From: an uncultured virus (IMG/VR IMGVR_UViG_3300047381_001220)
Taxonomy: Duplodnaviria > Heunggongvirae > Uroviricota > Caudoviricetes
DNA length: 64,000 nt
Virus record (IMG/VR): IMGVR_UViG_3300047381_001220
Strand: one strand, 5' to 3'
Position 1 is the first letter of the stretch. Each line of letters begins with the position of its first letter. Below, piece by piece: positions 50,635 through 60,093 of the stretch. A program made the translations under genes and the position numbers. The notes under the pieces were generated by a model, which did not search any database, was not told where the DNA came from, and was given only the letters and a program-made list of their open reading frames with translations.

Positions 50635-51377
50635 TGAAAATTTCTTTTTTAACCTGTTCAATGAACAGACTTCATCATCTTAAAAAAACCTATTTACATA
50701 ATATTATAAATTCTTTATCAACTTCTAGTTTGGATGTAGAATTTATATTGTTAAATTATAACTCAAAAGATAAAATTAATGATTGGGTTTTTGCTAACAA
50801 AAAAGAATTTGAAAAAAATGTAGAGTTTAAATACATCAAAACAACAAAACCTAAGTTTTTCGATATGTCAGTCGTGAAAAATATTTTAGGAAAAAATGCC
50901 ACGGGAACTCATTTATGCTGGTTAGATGCAGATAATCTTACAGAAGATGGTTTTGTTGATTTTGTATATTCCAATTTTAAATTGCATCCTAATTGTATAT
51001 TGAATGTTCCTTATTCAGATGATACAAAGGGATTCGGAGGTAGGATAGTTTGTAGTAAACACCATTTTCTAAAAGTAAATGGATATGATGAATCATTTGT
51101 AGGTTGGGGTTACGAAGAAATTGATTTTGTAAATAGACTTTGTAAAACAGGGTGCAAAACAATATCAATACCAAAAAAGTATCTCGGTAAACTTGAACAC
51201 AGTGAAGATGAAAGAGTTTCTAATTATGATCCAAGGTTCGTAGGTAAAATAAATCCTACTCATAAAAATTCTCATATGAAATATAAATCTAATTTAAGTA
51301 ATTTTATGAGAAGCACTTTAAATATTAAAAAAAATAAACTCATTGCAAATGAAAGTATACCTTGGGGTGTATTATAA
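50631..51377 (+). CDS. GT2/GT7-C glycosyltransferase
   Basis: MNRLHHL, WLDADN, GRI, VNGYDESFVGWGYEE; paralogue of the 40750 C-terminal domain. Confidence 0.8.
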   Translation: MMKISFLTCSMNRLHHLKKTYLHNIINSLSTSSLDVEFILLNYNSKDKINDWVFANKKEFEKNVEFKYIKTTKPKFFDMSVVKNILGKNATGTHLCWLDADNLTEDGFVDFVYSNFKLHPNCILNVPYSDDTKGFGGRIVCSKHHFLKVNGYDESFVGWGYEEIDFVNRLCKTGCKTISIPKKYLGKLEHSEDERVSNYDPRFVGKINPTHKNSHMKYKSNLSNFMRSTLNIKKNKLIANESIPWGVL

Positions 51378-51414
51378 ATTATAAAAACTAATATTTAAGA
51401 TATTTATTATAATA

Positions 51415-51954
51415 ATGGGAGCATCTTCAAAAGATAAAGGAAATGCGTGGGAACTTGAAGTTGCAAAGTTTCTTGAAGAAAATTTTGAGGGTAAATTCAG
51501 TCGTGTTCCAAGATCAGGTGCTATGTTTGGTGGTGAAAACGCAGAGAATGCAAACGGAGAAAGATCAGATGTTGTTGAAATACTTACTGGTGATATAATC
51601 ACACCTAAAGATTTTCCTTTTACAATAGAAGCAAAGCATTACGAAGACTTTAAATTTTCTCATTTACTACACGGAGAAAATAAATTGCTTGACGGATGGA
51701 TTGAATCGGCTGAATCAGACGCAAAATTAGCAAAAAGACTTCCTATGATAATGTGTAAATTTAGTTACATTGGTAGTTATGTTGTTTTTGATTACAAAAT
51801 TATTAAAACTGATGATGGTATTTGCCCAAGTACCTATTTTGAAAATCACTTAATATATAAACGAAAATGGATGATGATTTCATTCAGTGAATTTGTTAAT
51901 TCTAAGAATATAATTGTTGATATGGCAAGAATTCGCCTTAGGAATCTGCAATGA
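51415..51954 (+). CDS. Phage Holliday junction resolvase (PD-(D/E)xK, Hjc-like)
   Basis: SKDKGNAWELEVAKFL, RVPRSGA, GDII, IEAK; ATATTTAT at 51400-51407. Confidence 0.8.
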   Translation: MGASSKDKGNAWELEVAKFLEENFEGKFSRVPRSGAMFGGENAENANGERSDVVEILTGDIITPKDFPFTIEAKHYEDFKFSHLLHGENKLLDGWIESAESDAKLAKRLPMIMCKFSYIGSYVVFDYKIIKTDDGICPSTYFENHLIYKRKWMMISFSEFVNSKNIIVDMARIRLRNLQ

Positions 51955-52076
51955 AAGAAAAACTTTTTTCGTTGTTTTTGTATTTTCATATGTTTTTAGG
52001 AACACTAATAATATTAGGATTATTTGGTAACATTATTTATGTTTCAATTTGTAAATTTTTAGAATGGATAAATTAA
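51951..52076 (+). CDS. Small membrane protein (41 aa), not in ORF track
   Basis: MKEKLFSLFLYFHMFLGTLIILGLFGNIIYVSICKFLEWIN; ATGA overlap with upstream stop. Confidence 0.55.
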   Translation: MKEKLFSLFLYFHMFLGTLIILGLFGNIIYVSICKFLEWIN

Positions 52077-52204
52077 AAATTTTTGCGAAATACCTTGGTT
52101 ACGGTTTAAATGTATCAATCGTTGGTTTTTTGGTGTGGTACATGATTGCGTATATAATATTAGCAGTTCGTGTGTCTGATTTTTTTTTAAAATACTTGAT
52201 ATAA
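52064..52204 (+). CDS. Small membrane protein (46 aa), not in ORF track
   Basis: MDKLKIFAKYLGYGLNVSIVGFLVWYMIAYIILAVRVSDFFLKYLI; overlaps previous ORF end. Confidence 0.5.
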   Translation: MDKLKIFAKYLGYGLNVSIVGFLVWYMIAYIILAVRVSDFFLKYLI

Positions 52205-52244
52205 TAAAATTATAAAAACTCGTATATACAATAGTTATTATAAT

Positions 52245-52721
52245 ATGAAGAAAGTACTATTTATCGGAAGTGGAGATATGTACCGTAGTAAATTTGCGGA
52301 AGCATATTTTAATAATATTGGCAAACTTGAGTGTTTATTTATGCTCAACACACACGGAATGGGTAGATACCCGAGTTCTCGTTACCCGAATGCCATTAGT
52401 ACGAATGTTGATATTTCTGAATCGTGTGAACTAAATAAATTTTCAGAGGAAGTATGCAACGGATATTTGTTGTACGGAAATGATTGTTATACAAAAGAAC
52501 ATTCTTCTATATCAGACGATGATTTTAAATATTGCGACAAAATTATTGTTGTAAGTGAAAAAGAGCAAAAAGAATTTTTAGAAGATAACTATAAAAAATA
52601 TATTGATAAAATGGTTTTTTGGAATATTAAACCAGTCAAAGGTGATAATAAAGTAAAACAAAAAGTGGTAAATAAAATTAAAAAGAAAGTCAAAGAATTG
52701 TATATGGAACTTAAAAAATAA
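52245..52721 (+). CDS. LMW-PTP/ArsC-fold protein with degenerate active site
   Basis: KKVLFIGSGDMYRSKFAEAYF versus canonical VLFVCxGNxCRSxxAE; D.I.V, FWNI. Confidence 0.65.
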   Translation: MKKVLFIGSGDMYRSKFAEAYFNNIGKLECLFMLNTHGMGRYPSSRYPNAISTNVDISESCELNKFSEEVCNGYLLYGNDCYTKEHSSISDDDFKYCDKIIVVSEKEQKEFLEDNYKKYIDKMVFWNIKPVKGDNKVKQKVVNKIKKKVKELYMELKK

Positions 52722-52746
52722 TTTTTTTTATTATTTATAAAAAGAG

Positions 52747-53184
52747 ATGGTGATTGAAAAGGAGAGAATAAGCATCCGTGCATACGATAATCAGGATGCA
52801 AACGAGAGAATAGTAATAAACTATTCTTCTGTTACTTATGAAAATGCTTATAGTCAATGGAGTGCTGTAAGTAAATTTTTTGTTTTTTGTAAGGATTCAC
52901 ACTTCTACATAAATGTAGATTCATGTGAAATAGAATCAGAGGTAGGAAGTGTGCCAAGTACAATAGAAACTAGAAATTATTTAGTGCAAAAAATAGGAAG
53001 AGTGGGTCAACGAGAAATACTTTTTTCAACAAAATTTAAAAATAAATTTAAAATGCTTTTTGAAGATAGACTAAAAAGTTTAAGAATCATAGAAAATGAC
53101 TATGAAATGAACAAAGTGAAAGGATCACTTTTTAAAAGAAATCATGTAATACTGGATTATTTGGAGTATATAGAAAAAATTTAA
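52747..53184 (+). CDS. Hypothetical protein
   Basis: 145-aa ORF with TTATTTAT upstream. Confidence 0.55.
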   Translation: MVIEKERISIRAYDNQDANERIVINYSSVTYENAYSQWSAVSKFFVFCKDSHFYINVDSCEIESEVGSVPSTIETRNYLVQKIGRVGQREILFSTKFKNKFKMLFEDRLKSLRIIENDYEMNKVKGSLFKRNHVILDYLEYIEKI

Positions 53185-53207
53185 TCTAACCTGGAGATAA
53201 TAAAAAA

Positions 53208-56200
53208 ATGGCAGATGGTAAAAAAATCAGTGAATTAACAAAACTCAGCAATCTTGCAGATGCTGATGAATTTGTTGTAGTAAATAAGGATGTAACAAGT
53301 GGTGATGAGTCTGGAATTGGTGGTCAGACAAGCAGAATCACTTTTTCAGACCTTAAAAGTGAAATTGGAACTCAAGGACCACAAGGTCCTGCGGGTGGAG
53401 ACGGAGCAGCCGGTAAAAGTGCTTATGATCTATGGATTGAAGCAGGAAATACAGGATCAATTGCTCAGTTTTTGGAATCTTTAAAAGGATCATCCGGATC
53501 AGACGGAGCAGTCGGACCATCAGGACCAACTGGACCTAAAGGTGAAACAGGAGACTCTGCGTTTACTGTAACAAGTAGTGGTCAACTTTCTTTGGGTGAT
53601 AATAAAGTAGGCATCGGTACAGATTCTGCTGAAGCAACATTGCACATTAAAGATTCACGTCCTACATTAAGATTAACAGATGGTGCATCACCTGGAGTTG
53701 CAGATTATGAAATTGCAAATGACAATGATATTCTGTTTATTCGTTCAATCCCTGGTGAAAATATTTTAGTTATTGATAATAAAAATGTAGGTATAGGAAC
53801 TACTCCAAGTGCAGGTAGACTTCACGTAGTTGGTGGAAATTCACCAACGGAAGGTTTTTGTTTAGGTGGTAGAAAAGATGATGGTAGTGAATTGACCACC
53901 ATGAGATTTTTTCATGACGATAATGATCATGCACACATATCACGTGGCTTGGTGAAGACATTATCTTTGAGTCAATCCGGTAATGTTGGAATTGGTATAG
54001 ATAAACCAGAATCCTTGCTTCATGTAAAATCTGATACTGCTGGAGCACACGTCCTTATCGAAACAACTAAAAATACCGGTAGTACAGAGGCAATTTTGCA
54101 CTTAAAAACCCCAACAAGTCTTTATGGTTTGTATGCAAATGATGGAACTGATCAGTTTGGAATTGCTAATTATAGAAGTGGTGCTGAATCAAAGTATCCA
54201 ATGAAGATAAACGGAAATGGTAATGTAACATTTGATGGTGTTGTTAGTGCTAAAGGATTTTCTATAAACGGAAAAGATCTTACAGGTGCTGACTTAAGAG
54301 GTCCAGAAGGACCCGCAGGACCTGCTGGTAAAGACGGAACGAATGGAACAGATGGTGCAGTAGGTAGTTCAAATGCACATCTCGGTCTAATTATGGATAG
54401 TACCATTACTTTGAATGATTCAGAAAATCAAGTATTCAAAAAGACTGGATCAAACGGATGGAACGCATCAGTTCGTTCTTCTATTGGATACAACTCTGGA
54501 TGCTCTCTGAGTTTTACTGCTAATATCAACAATAGAGCAGGAATGATTGGTATCAATACTGATCCAACAACAAACAATAATTACAACACAATTGATTTTG
54601 CATGGTATATGACTGGTAGTGGAGCCGCATACATTTATGAAAATGGTAAAAGCAAAGGATCATTTGGTGCATTTTCAGTGGGAAATATTTTTGTAATTAC
54701 ATACGATAATAATACTGTAAGATATTATTTGAATGGAACACTAAAACGTTCAGTTACCGTGGGAGCAGGAAAAACTTATTATTTAGATTCAAGTTTTCAT
54801 ACTGTAGATTCTCGTCCATACACAAGAACTCTTTCTTTTCATCCTATGGGTGCAGTCGGCACAAAGGGTGATAAAGGTGACAAAGGTAACACGGGAGAAC
54901 GAGGAATTCAAGGTGTAGCAGGACCTTCTGGACCGGTTGGTATCCAAGGACCATCAGGACCAAGTGGACAACCTGTTTCAGTAACATCTCCAGTTAGTCG
55001 TTGGGATGCGTCCTCATGGTCAACTGGTGGAACATTACAAGCAATTATTGGTAGTAAACCAATTTATCTTGGTGGAGAAGATACCGATTTCGGTAAAGAT
55101 TCTACAATTGTTTTAGACGGATCACGTGGTAAAGTATTTAACTTTCCAGCAAGAGGTAATCGTAGAAGTGGTGGAAATTATGTCCAAGCAGGTGATATAC
55201 ACGATAATATATTCATGTCAGGAAATTTCAGTATTTCATTTTGGGTATATGTCAGAGACTATAAAACAACCACAGGAAATTCTACCCATTTAAAAAATAA
55301 TCCAGGAACCATTATGTCAAAGTGGTGGACACAGAACAGAAACGGAACAAACAATTCGTTTATTATTTATTCAACTGGTCAGTTTTATAGTGCATATTCA
55401 CATAGTCATACATTTGTTAATACAAGTGATTATCCAAAACTTAATAATTGGACGCACTTTACATATGTTCTTAACAAAGGTCAGTTGACCGTTTATCGCA
55501 ATGGTAAATCAATTCCATTGAAATGGAACTTGAATCCAGGTGCGGCTAACAAAACTGTTAGACACTTATTTAATAATGTATCAGGAAGTTATCCACTTGA
55601 AGTTGGTTCTATTCGTAAAAATGGTGCATACTCTCTTGACGGAATGGTTGATGATATTCGTATTTTTGACGAACCGTTGACTGCCGGTGAAGCATGGTTT
55701 ACTTACAATGGTGTAGGTGGTGGTGGTCTCGTTGGACCACAAGGACCACAGGGACCTAAAGGATCAACTGGATCAACAGGATCAAGAGGTCAAACGGGAC
55801 CAGCAGGACCAAGAGGTGTTGCGGGACCACGAGGACCACAAGGTATCCCAGGACCATCTGGACCTAAAGGAACAACAGGTGCGGCCGGTGCAAAAGGTGC
55901 TGACGGAATTAGTTCAACTCAGAATTATGCGTCAAATAAACGTTGGGAAATTGCAAAAAATAAAGGTTCTTTTGCAGACGAAGGCACAGGTGGTGCATTT
56001 ACTGTAAATGGTTCAGCTTCTGAGAATTATATTGATTGGGAAATTGGTCCATTTGGTCGCAGAACAAAAGTTTGGAAAGCAAGAAACAATGATACTGCTT
56101 CCAACGCAGATGGTGGGTGGAATAAAACTATCACTAATCTTAAAAAGAACGCCGCATATATGTCAGTTGTTTATGTTCGTCGTACAAGTAGTAATACAAG

Positions 56201-58199
56201 TGGACTATTTTATCATGGATGTGCTCAAGGTACGCATACAAAGAATCTTAGTGGTTCAACAAATAGTAATCCTTATTTTAAATATTTCAACATTTCAACT
56301 CTTCCATTAAACGTATGGTGCTTGTCTGTTGGATATATTCATGCAAACAATGATCCTGATAAATCTTCATATGGAGGTGGTTTGTATAGAATTGATAATG
56401 GTAAGAAACTTGTATCATATACTGACTATAAAATGGGAACCAGTGGTGTACAAAACCATCGTACGTATTTGTATTACTCTACAAGTCCTGCGGCTGCTCT
56501 TGATTGGACATTGCCTGGATTCTATGAAGTATGTAGTGATTCACCAACTTTAGGACAACTTCTTGGTGGAGGTGGAGTATTAGGTGGAGGAGAAAAAGGA
56601 CCACAAGGACCTGCTGGATCAAGAGGACCTGCGGGACCTGCTGGACCAATGCCTAATATCGGTGAACTTCAAAGTCACCAATTTGGTGTTCTTAAAACAA
56701 ATCGTTTAGACATGAGTGGTGATATTGAAATGGATAGAAATGGTCAAACTTCTCGTATGATCAAATTTAATAGTTCCTGTAATATATATTCAAGTTCCTC
56801 AAATAATATGCACTATCGTTCTGCTGGTGGTAAGCACCACTTTACAAACGGAAGCAATGGTGCAGGAACAATTGTTGTTGATAGATTAGAAGCAAATAAA
56901 CTTGATTTATCTGCAATTTCATTCAGTGGAAGTACAAGTACATTCAAGGGAACATCAAATTGGTCAAATGTTACTATTGACGGAATGGGTGCAAAAGCAT
57001 GGAGAGGTAATGGTTTTTATGTTCATCGTGCTGATAACAAAATGTATGCAGCTTGGGTAATGGATGTAAATGGTGCAACACGATTTGGTATTCATGCTCA
57101 CTCTGGTGCAGGAGTATACAAAGATTGGAAAAAATATATTTTCGATAATCGTTTGATGATTGATACAAATCGAAGTTCTGTCACTGGATTGCACTCAACA
57201 ATTCGCACACATCAAGAAAGCACCAATTCGCATCCTAATTCATTGCATATTCTTGCGAACCACGGAGATTTGCTTCTTGAAGCAAATAACATTCGTAAAG
57301 GTACAAATCAGAATGCAACTGTAGGTGGTCATGGAAGTGTGATATTCAGAGCACACGGAATTCCTGTGATAGGTCATGTTGTAGATACAACGAATAGTAA
57401 TTCTACTATTTACAAAAGACAACGTGGTGATTATGTTTATGGTGGAACGACTGGTGCGAATGCGTACAATCGTTACCGTCAAAAACACTTCCAAGGAAAT
57501 GCACGTTCCGGTGTAAGTATAAAACTTATTGGAGGTGCGTTGATTCCAACATACGGAGTTGTTGACCTTGGTGCTCCAGTTCATGCTCATCGTTTTGATA
57601 CATTGTGGTGTCGTAATGCTCCTGATGTTTATTCTGATAAACGAGCAAAAACAAAAATTGAAACAAGTGATCTCGGACTTGACTTCATTAATAAATTGAA
57701 ACCTGTAAGTTACAAATATAAGGATGTTAAAATTCTTACTGATAAACTTAAAAATCTTGATGGAGACGAAGAAAACGAAGATAGAGAAAAAGATGAATTG
57801 GAAATTACCAAAGAGACTCACGGAAGAACTCACTACGGAATGATTGCACAAGATGTTGAAGAAGTTCTTAAAGGAAAGGACTTTGGTGGTTTTGTTGATC
57901 CAAATTATGCATTGGATGATGAAGACGAGGGTAAAGGTGAACTTCACATGAGTCTTCGTTACGAAGAGTTCATTTCACCTATGATCAAAGCAATTCAAGA
58001 AGTTGATGACAAAATTGAAGACCTTGAGAAGTACAAAAAATTCAGTGCAGGACGTGTTTCTAAATTAGAGTCTAAGCACGAAACTCGTAACAAAAATTCT
58101 AATAAGGAAATCAAAGAGATTAAGGATTCTCAGAAGAAGATATTAGATGCTATAAGTGAAATTACAAAAAGGTTAGACAACATAGAAAAGTCTAAGTAA
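53208..58199 (+). CDS. Long tail fibre/adhesin with collagen segments, LamG-like domain and C-terminal S74 intramolecular chaperone
   Basis: KKISEL N-terminus, G-X-Y runs, VGIGT repeats, FSISFWV...WTHFTYV...GMVDDIRIFD, SDKRAK...GLDFINKLKPVSY...HYGMIAQDV...LRYEEFI; GGAG RBS. Confidence 0.88.
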   Translation: MADGKKISELTKLSNLADADEFVVVNKDVTSGDESGIGGQTSRITFSDLKSEIGTQGPQGPAGGDGAAGKSAYDLWIEAGNTGSIAQFLESLKGSSGSDGAVGPSGPTGPKGETGDSAFTVTSSGQLSLGDNKVGIGTDSAEATLHIKDSRPTLRLTDGASPGVADYEIANDNDILFIRSIPGENILVIDNKNVGIGTTPSAGRLHVVGGNSPTEGFCLGGRKDDGSELTTMRFFHDDNDHAHISRGLVKTLSLSQSGNVGIGIDKPESLLHVKSDTAGAHVLIETTKNTGSTEAILHLKTPTSLYGLYANDGTDQFGIANYRSGAESKYPMKINGNGNVTFDGVVSAKGFSINGKDLTGADLRGPEGPAGPAGKDGTNGTDGAVGSSNAHLGLIMDSTITLNDSENQVFKKTGSNGWNASVRSSIGYNSGCSLSFTANINNRAGMIGINTDPTTNNNYNTIDFAWYMTGSGAAYIYENGKSKGSFGAFSVGNIFVITYDNNTVRYYLNGTLKRSVTVGAGKTYYLDSSFHTVDSRPYTRTLSFHPMGAVGTKGDKGDKGNTGERGIQGVAGPSGPVGIQGPSGPSGQPVSVTSPVSRWDASSWSTGGTLQAIIGSKPIYLGGEDTDFGKDSTIVLDGSRGKVFNFPARGNRRSGGNYVQAGDIHDNIFMSGNFSISFWVYVRDYKTTTGNSTHLKNNPGTIMSKWWTQNRNGTNNSFIIYSTGQFYSAYSHSHTFVNTSDYPKLNNWTHFTYVLNKGQLTVYRNGKSIPLKWNLNPGAANKTVRHLFNNVSGSYPLEVGSIRKNGAYSLDGMVDDIRIFDEPLTAGEAWFTYNGVGGGGLVGPQGPQGPKGSTGSTGSRGQTGPAGPRGVAGPRGPQGIPGPSGPKGTTGAAGAKGADGISSTQNYASNKRWEIAKNKGSFADEGTGGAFTVNGSASENYIDWEIGPFGRRTKVWKARNNDTASNADGGWNKTITNLKKNAAYMSVVYVRRTSSNTSGLFYHGCAQGTHTKNLSGSTNSNPYFKYFNISTLPLNVWCLSVGYIHANNDPDKSSYGGGLYRIDNGKKLVSYTDYKMGTSGVQNHRTYLYYSTSPAAALDWTLPGFYEVCSDSPTLGQLLGGGGVLGGGEKGPQGPAGSRGPAGPAGPMPNIGELQSHQFGVLKTNRLDMSGDIEMDRNGQTSRMIKFNSSCNIYSSSSNNMHYRSAGGKHHFTNGSNGAGTIVVDRLEANKLDLSAISFSGSTSTFKGTSNWSNVTIDGMGAKAWRGNGFYVHRADNKMYAAWVMDVNGATRFGIHAHSGAGVYKDWKKYIFDNRLMIDTNRSSVTGLHSTIRTHQESTNSHPNSLHILANHGDLLLEANNIRKGTNQNATVGGHGSVIFRAHGIPVIGHVVDTTNSNSTIYKRQRGDYVYGGTTGANAYNRYRQKHFQGNARSGVSIKLIGGALIPTYGVVDLGAPVHAHRFDTLWCRNAPDVYSDKRAKTKIETSDLGLDFINKLKPVSYKYKDVKILTDKLKNLDGDEENEDREKDELEITKETHGRTHYGMIAQDVEEVLKGKDFGGFVDPNYALDDEDEGKGELHMSLRYEEFISPMIKAIQEVDDKIEDLEKYKKFSAGRVSKLESKHETRNKNSNKEIKEIKDSQKKILDAISEITKRLDNIEKSK

Positions 58200-58212
58200 T
58201 AGATTAAAGTTT

Positions 58213-58246
58213 GGGGTGGGGAACTTAAAAATCCCCACCCCTTTTT
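58213..58246 (+). terminator. Rho-independent terminator
   Basis: GGGGTGGGGA / TCCCCACCCC 10-bp stem, 9-nt loop, then TTTTT. Confidence 0.85.
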
Positions 58247-58261
58247 ATAAAGAGAACAAAA

Positions 58262-59497
58262 ATGGAATACGAAACAAAACTTCCCGAATACAATAAAAAC
58301 GAAGAACTCGGATCACTTAGTCAAAGAATTGATTGGGGATTAAGACAACTTAATGTTCCTTCTACTTGGAGTGTAACTAAAGGTGAAGGAATTACTGCAA
58401 TGGTAATTGACACAGGGCATCCTGTGCATCCTGATATAGGAGATAATGCAATTAAAGGAAAGAACTGCATTTCTGGTGAACCAATAGAAGATGAAAATGG
58501 ACACCAACTTCATTGCACAGGTATTATTAATGCAAAAGACAATCAAACTGGTATGGTAGGAGTTGCACCTGAAGCAAAATGTATTTCAGTAAAAGCATTA
58601 GCAAAAAACGGAAGTGGAACTTATTACGGATTAGCAGAAGCATTAGATTATGCAATTGAAATGAAACCTGATGTAGTAAGCATGAGTTTAGGAGGACCTG
58701 CTCCGTCATCAGTTTTGCACGACAGAATCAAAACATTATATGAAATGAATATACCTGTTGTGTGTGCGGCTGGAAACTCAGGAGACGGAGGAGTTAATTA
58801 TCCGGCTGCATTTGACGAAACAATTGCAGTTGCGGCTTATGATCGTTGGGGAAAAATTGCTAACTTTTCTTCTAAAGGAGAAAAAGTAGAATGGGCTGCA
58901 CCTGGTGTAAACATTTATAGTACCTTTCTTAACAACGGATATGCAAGTTTAAGTGGAACATCAATGGCTTGTCCATTTATTACAGGTGTTATTTGTTTGA
59001 TGCTTGCAAAACATAAAAAACAAGAAGCAGAAACAGGTAAGAATGATTGCAAAACGGTTGCACAAATACGTGAGCATTTATTAAAATACACAAAAGATAA
59101 AGGTGAAGTAGGAAAAGACAACTCTTGGGGATATGGTGTAATAGATGTGGAAAAGATGATTAAAGACGGAGAGGAAGTATCAGAACCTACTCCAACACCA
59201 ACAAATACTGCAACTAATACACCCACCAAAACACCAACACCTACTAATACCAAAACTCCAACCAAAACTCATACCAAAACACAAACTCCGACAAATACTC
59301 CTGATAAAGTAAAACCAAAACCAAAAAAGAATAAACTACCTTTGATTATTGGTGGAGTAGTTGTGGTGATTGGGATTATTGGAGCAGTAATTTATTTTGC
59401 GACAAAACAAGATGAAGTAATTATTCCGAATCCTCCATATATAAATGAACATGGAGAAATTGATTGGGATAAAAAATATGAACAGGAAATAAAATAA
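58262..59497 (+). CDS. Subtilisin-like (S8) serine protease with Pro/Thr linker and C-terminal membrane anchor
   Basis: VIDTG, NGHQLHCTG, AAGNSG, SGTSMACP; PT/KT repeats; LPLIIGGVVVVIGIIGAVIYF. Confidence 0.9.
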   Translation: MEYETKLPEYNKNEELGSLSQRIDWGLRQLNVPSTWSVTKGEGITAMVIDTGHPVHPDIGDNAIKGKNCISGEPIEDENGHQLHCTGIINAKDNQTGMVGVAPEAKCISVKALAKNGSGTYYGLAEALDYAIEMKPDVVSMSLGGPAPSSVLHDRIKTLYEMNIPVVCAAGNSGDGGVNYPAAFDETIAVAAYDRWGKIANFSSKGEKVEWAAPGVNIYSTFLNNGYASLSGTSMACPFITGVICLMLAKHKKQEAETGKNDCKTVAQIREHLLKYTKDKGEVGKDNSWGYGVIDVEKMIKDGEEVSEPTPTPTNTATNTPTKTPTPTNTKTPTKTHTKTQTPTNTPDKVKPKPKKNKLPLIIGGVVVVIGIIGAVIYFATKQDEVIIPNPPYINEHGEIDWDKKYEQEIK

Positions 59498-60093
59498 TGG
59501 CAGAGGACATCAACAAACGAGTAGAAGCATTTGAGGCCGCACTTGATTTACTTGAACAACAAGTAGATTGGCAAAAAGATCATTTTCAAGAATTGTTTGA
59601 AGCAGATGAAAAGAAAAATACCGAAATTCATATTAAGTATGCAGAATTATCATCAGTTGTTGAACTAATCAAAGAACAATTAAAGTGGCAAAAAGACTTT
59701 GTAAATAATTTTGTAAGACAAGATACTTCTCTTGATAAAAAAATGGCAGACCGTGTAAATGAAATGTCACGATTAGTAGGATTAATGGCAGACAAACTTG
59801 ATTTACAAAAAGATAAATTAGATTCATATATAAAAACTGGTGCGACTAAAAACAATAGCATGACGGATCGTTTGGGTGGTTTAAAAGACGACATTACGAA
59901 ATTAAAGTCTGTAAAAGATATTGATGCAAAAAGAGAAATTAACGATGTAAAAGGTTCAGTTCGTAAAATGAAAAATGTAAATAAATTTCATGGTGATTAC
60001 ATAAAAAAACTTGAACGTAAAATAGAAAATAAACAAAACGCAATTAAAAAACGATTTAAGCAAATAGAGAATAAAATAGATGAATCAAACTAA
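59497..60093 (+). CDS. Coiled-coil hypothetical protein
   Basis: Heptad-rich; internal repeats of L..Q..WQKD type. Confidence 0.55.
   Translation: MAEDINKRVEAFEAALDLLEQQVDWQKDHFQELFEADEKKNTEIHIKYAELSSVVELIKEQLKWQKDFVNNFVRQDTSLDKKMADRVNEMSRLVGLMADKLDLQKDKLDSYIKTGATKNNSMTDRLGGLKDDITKLKSVKDIDAKREINDVKGSVRKMKNVNKFHGDYIKKLERKIENKQNAIKKRFKQIENKIDESN

Noticed and set aside
1..51377. Ordinary bacterial capsule/LPS locus
   Set aside because: No flippase, polymerase, exporter or priming transferase; interleaved phage genes and a non-sigma70 upstream motif. Not fully excluded without flanking sequence
53370..59310. CRISPR-like or non-coding repeat arrays
   Set aside because: The repetitive DNA encodes collagen triplets and a Pro/Thr linker; no constant repeat-spacer periodicity was seen
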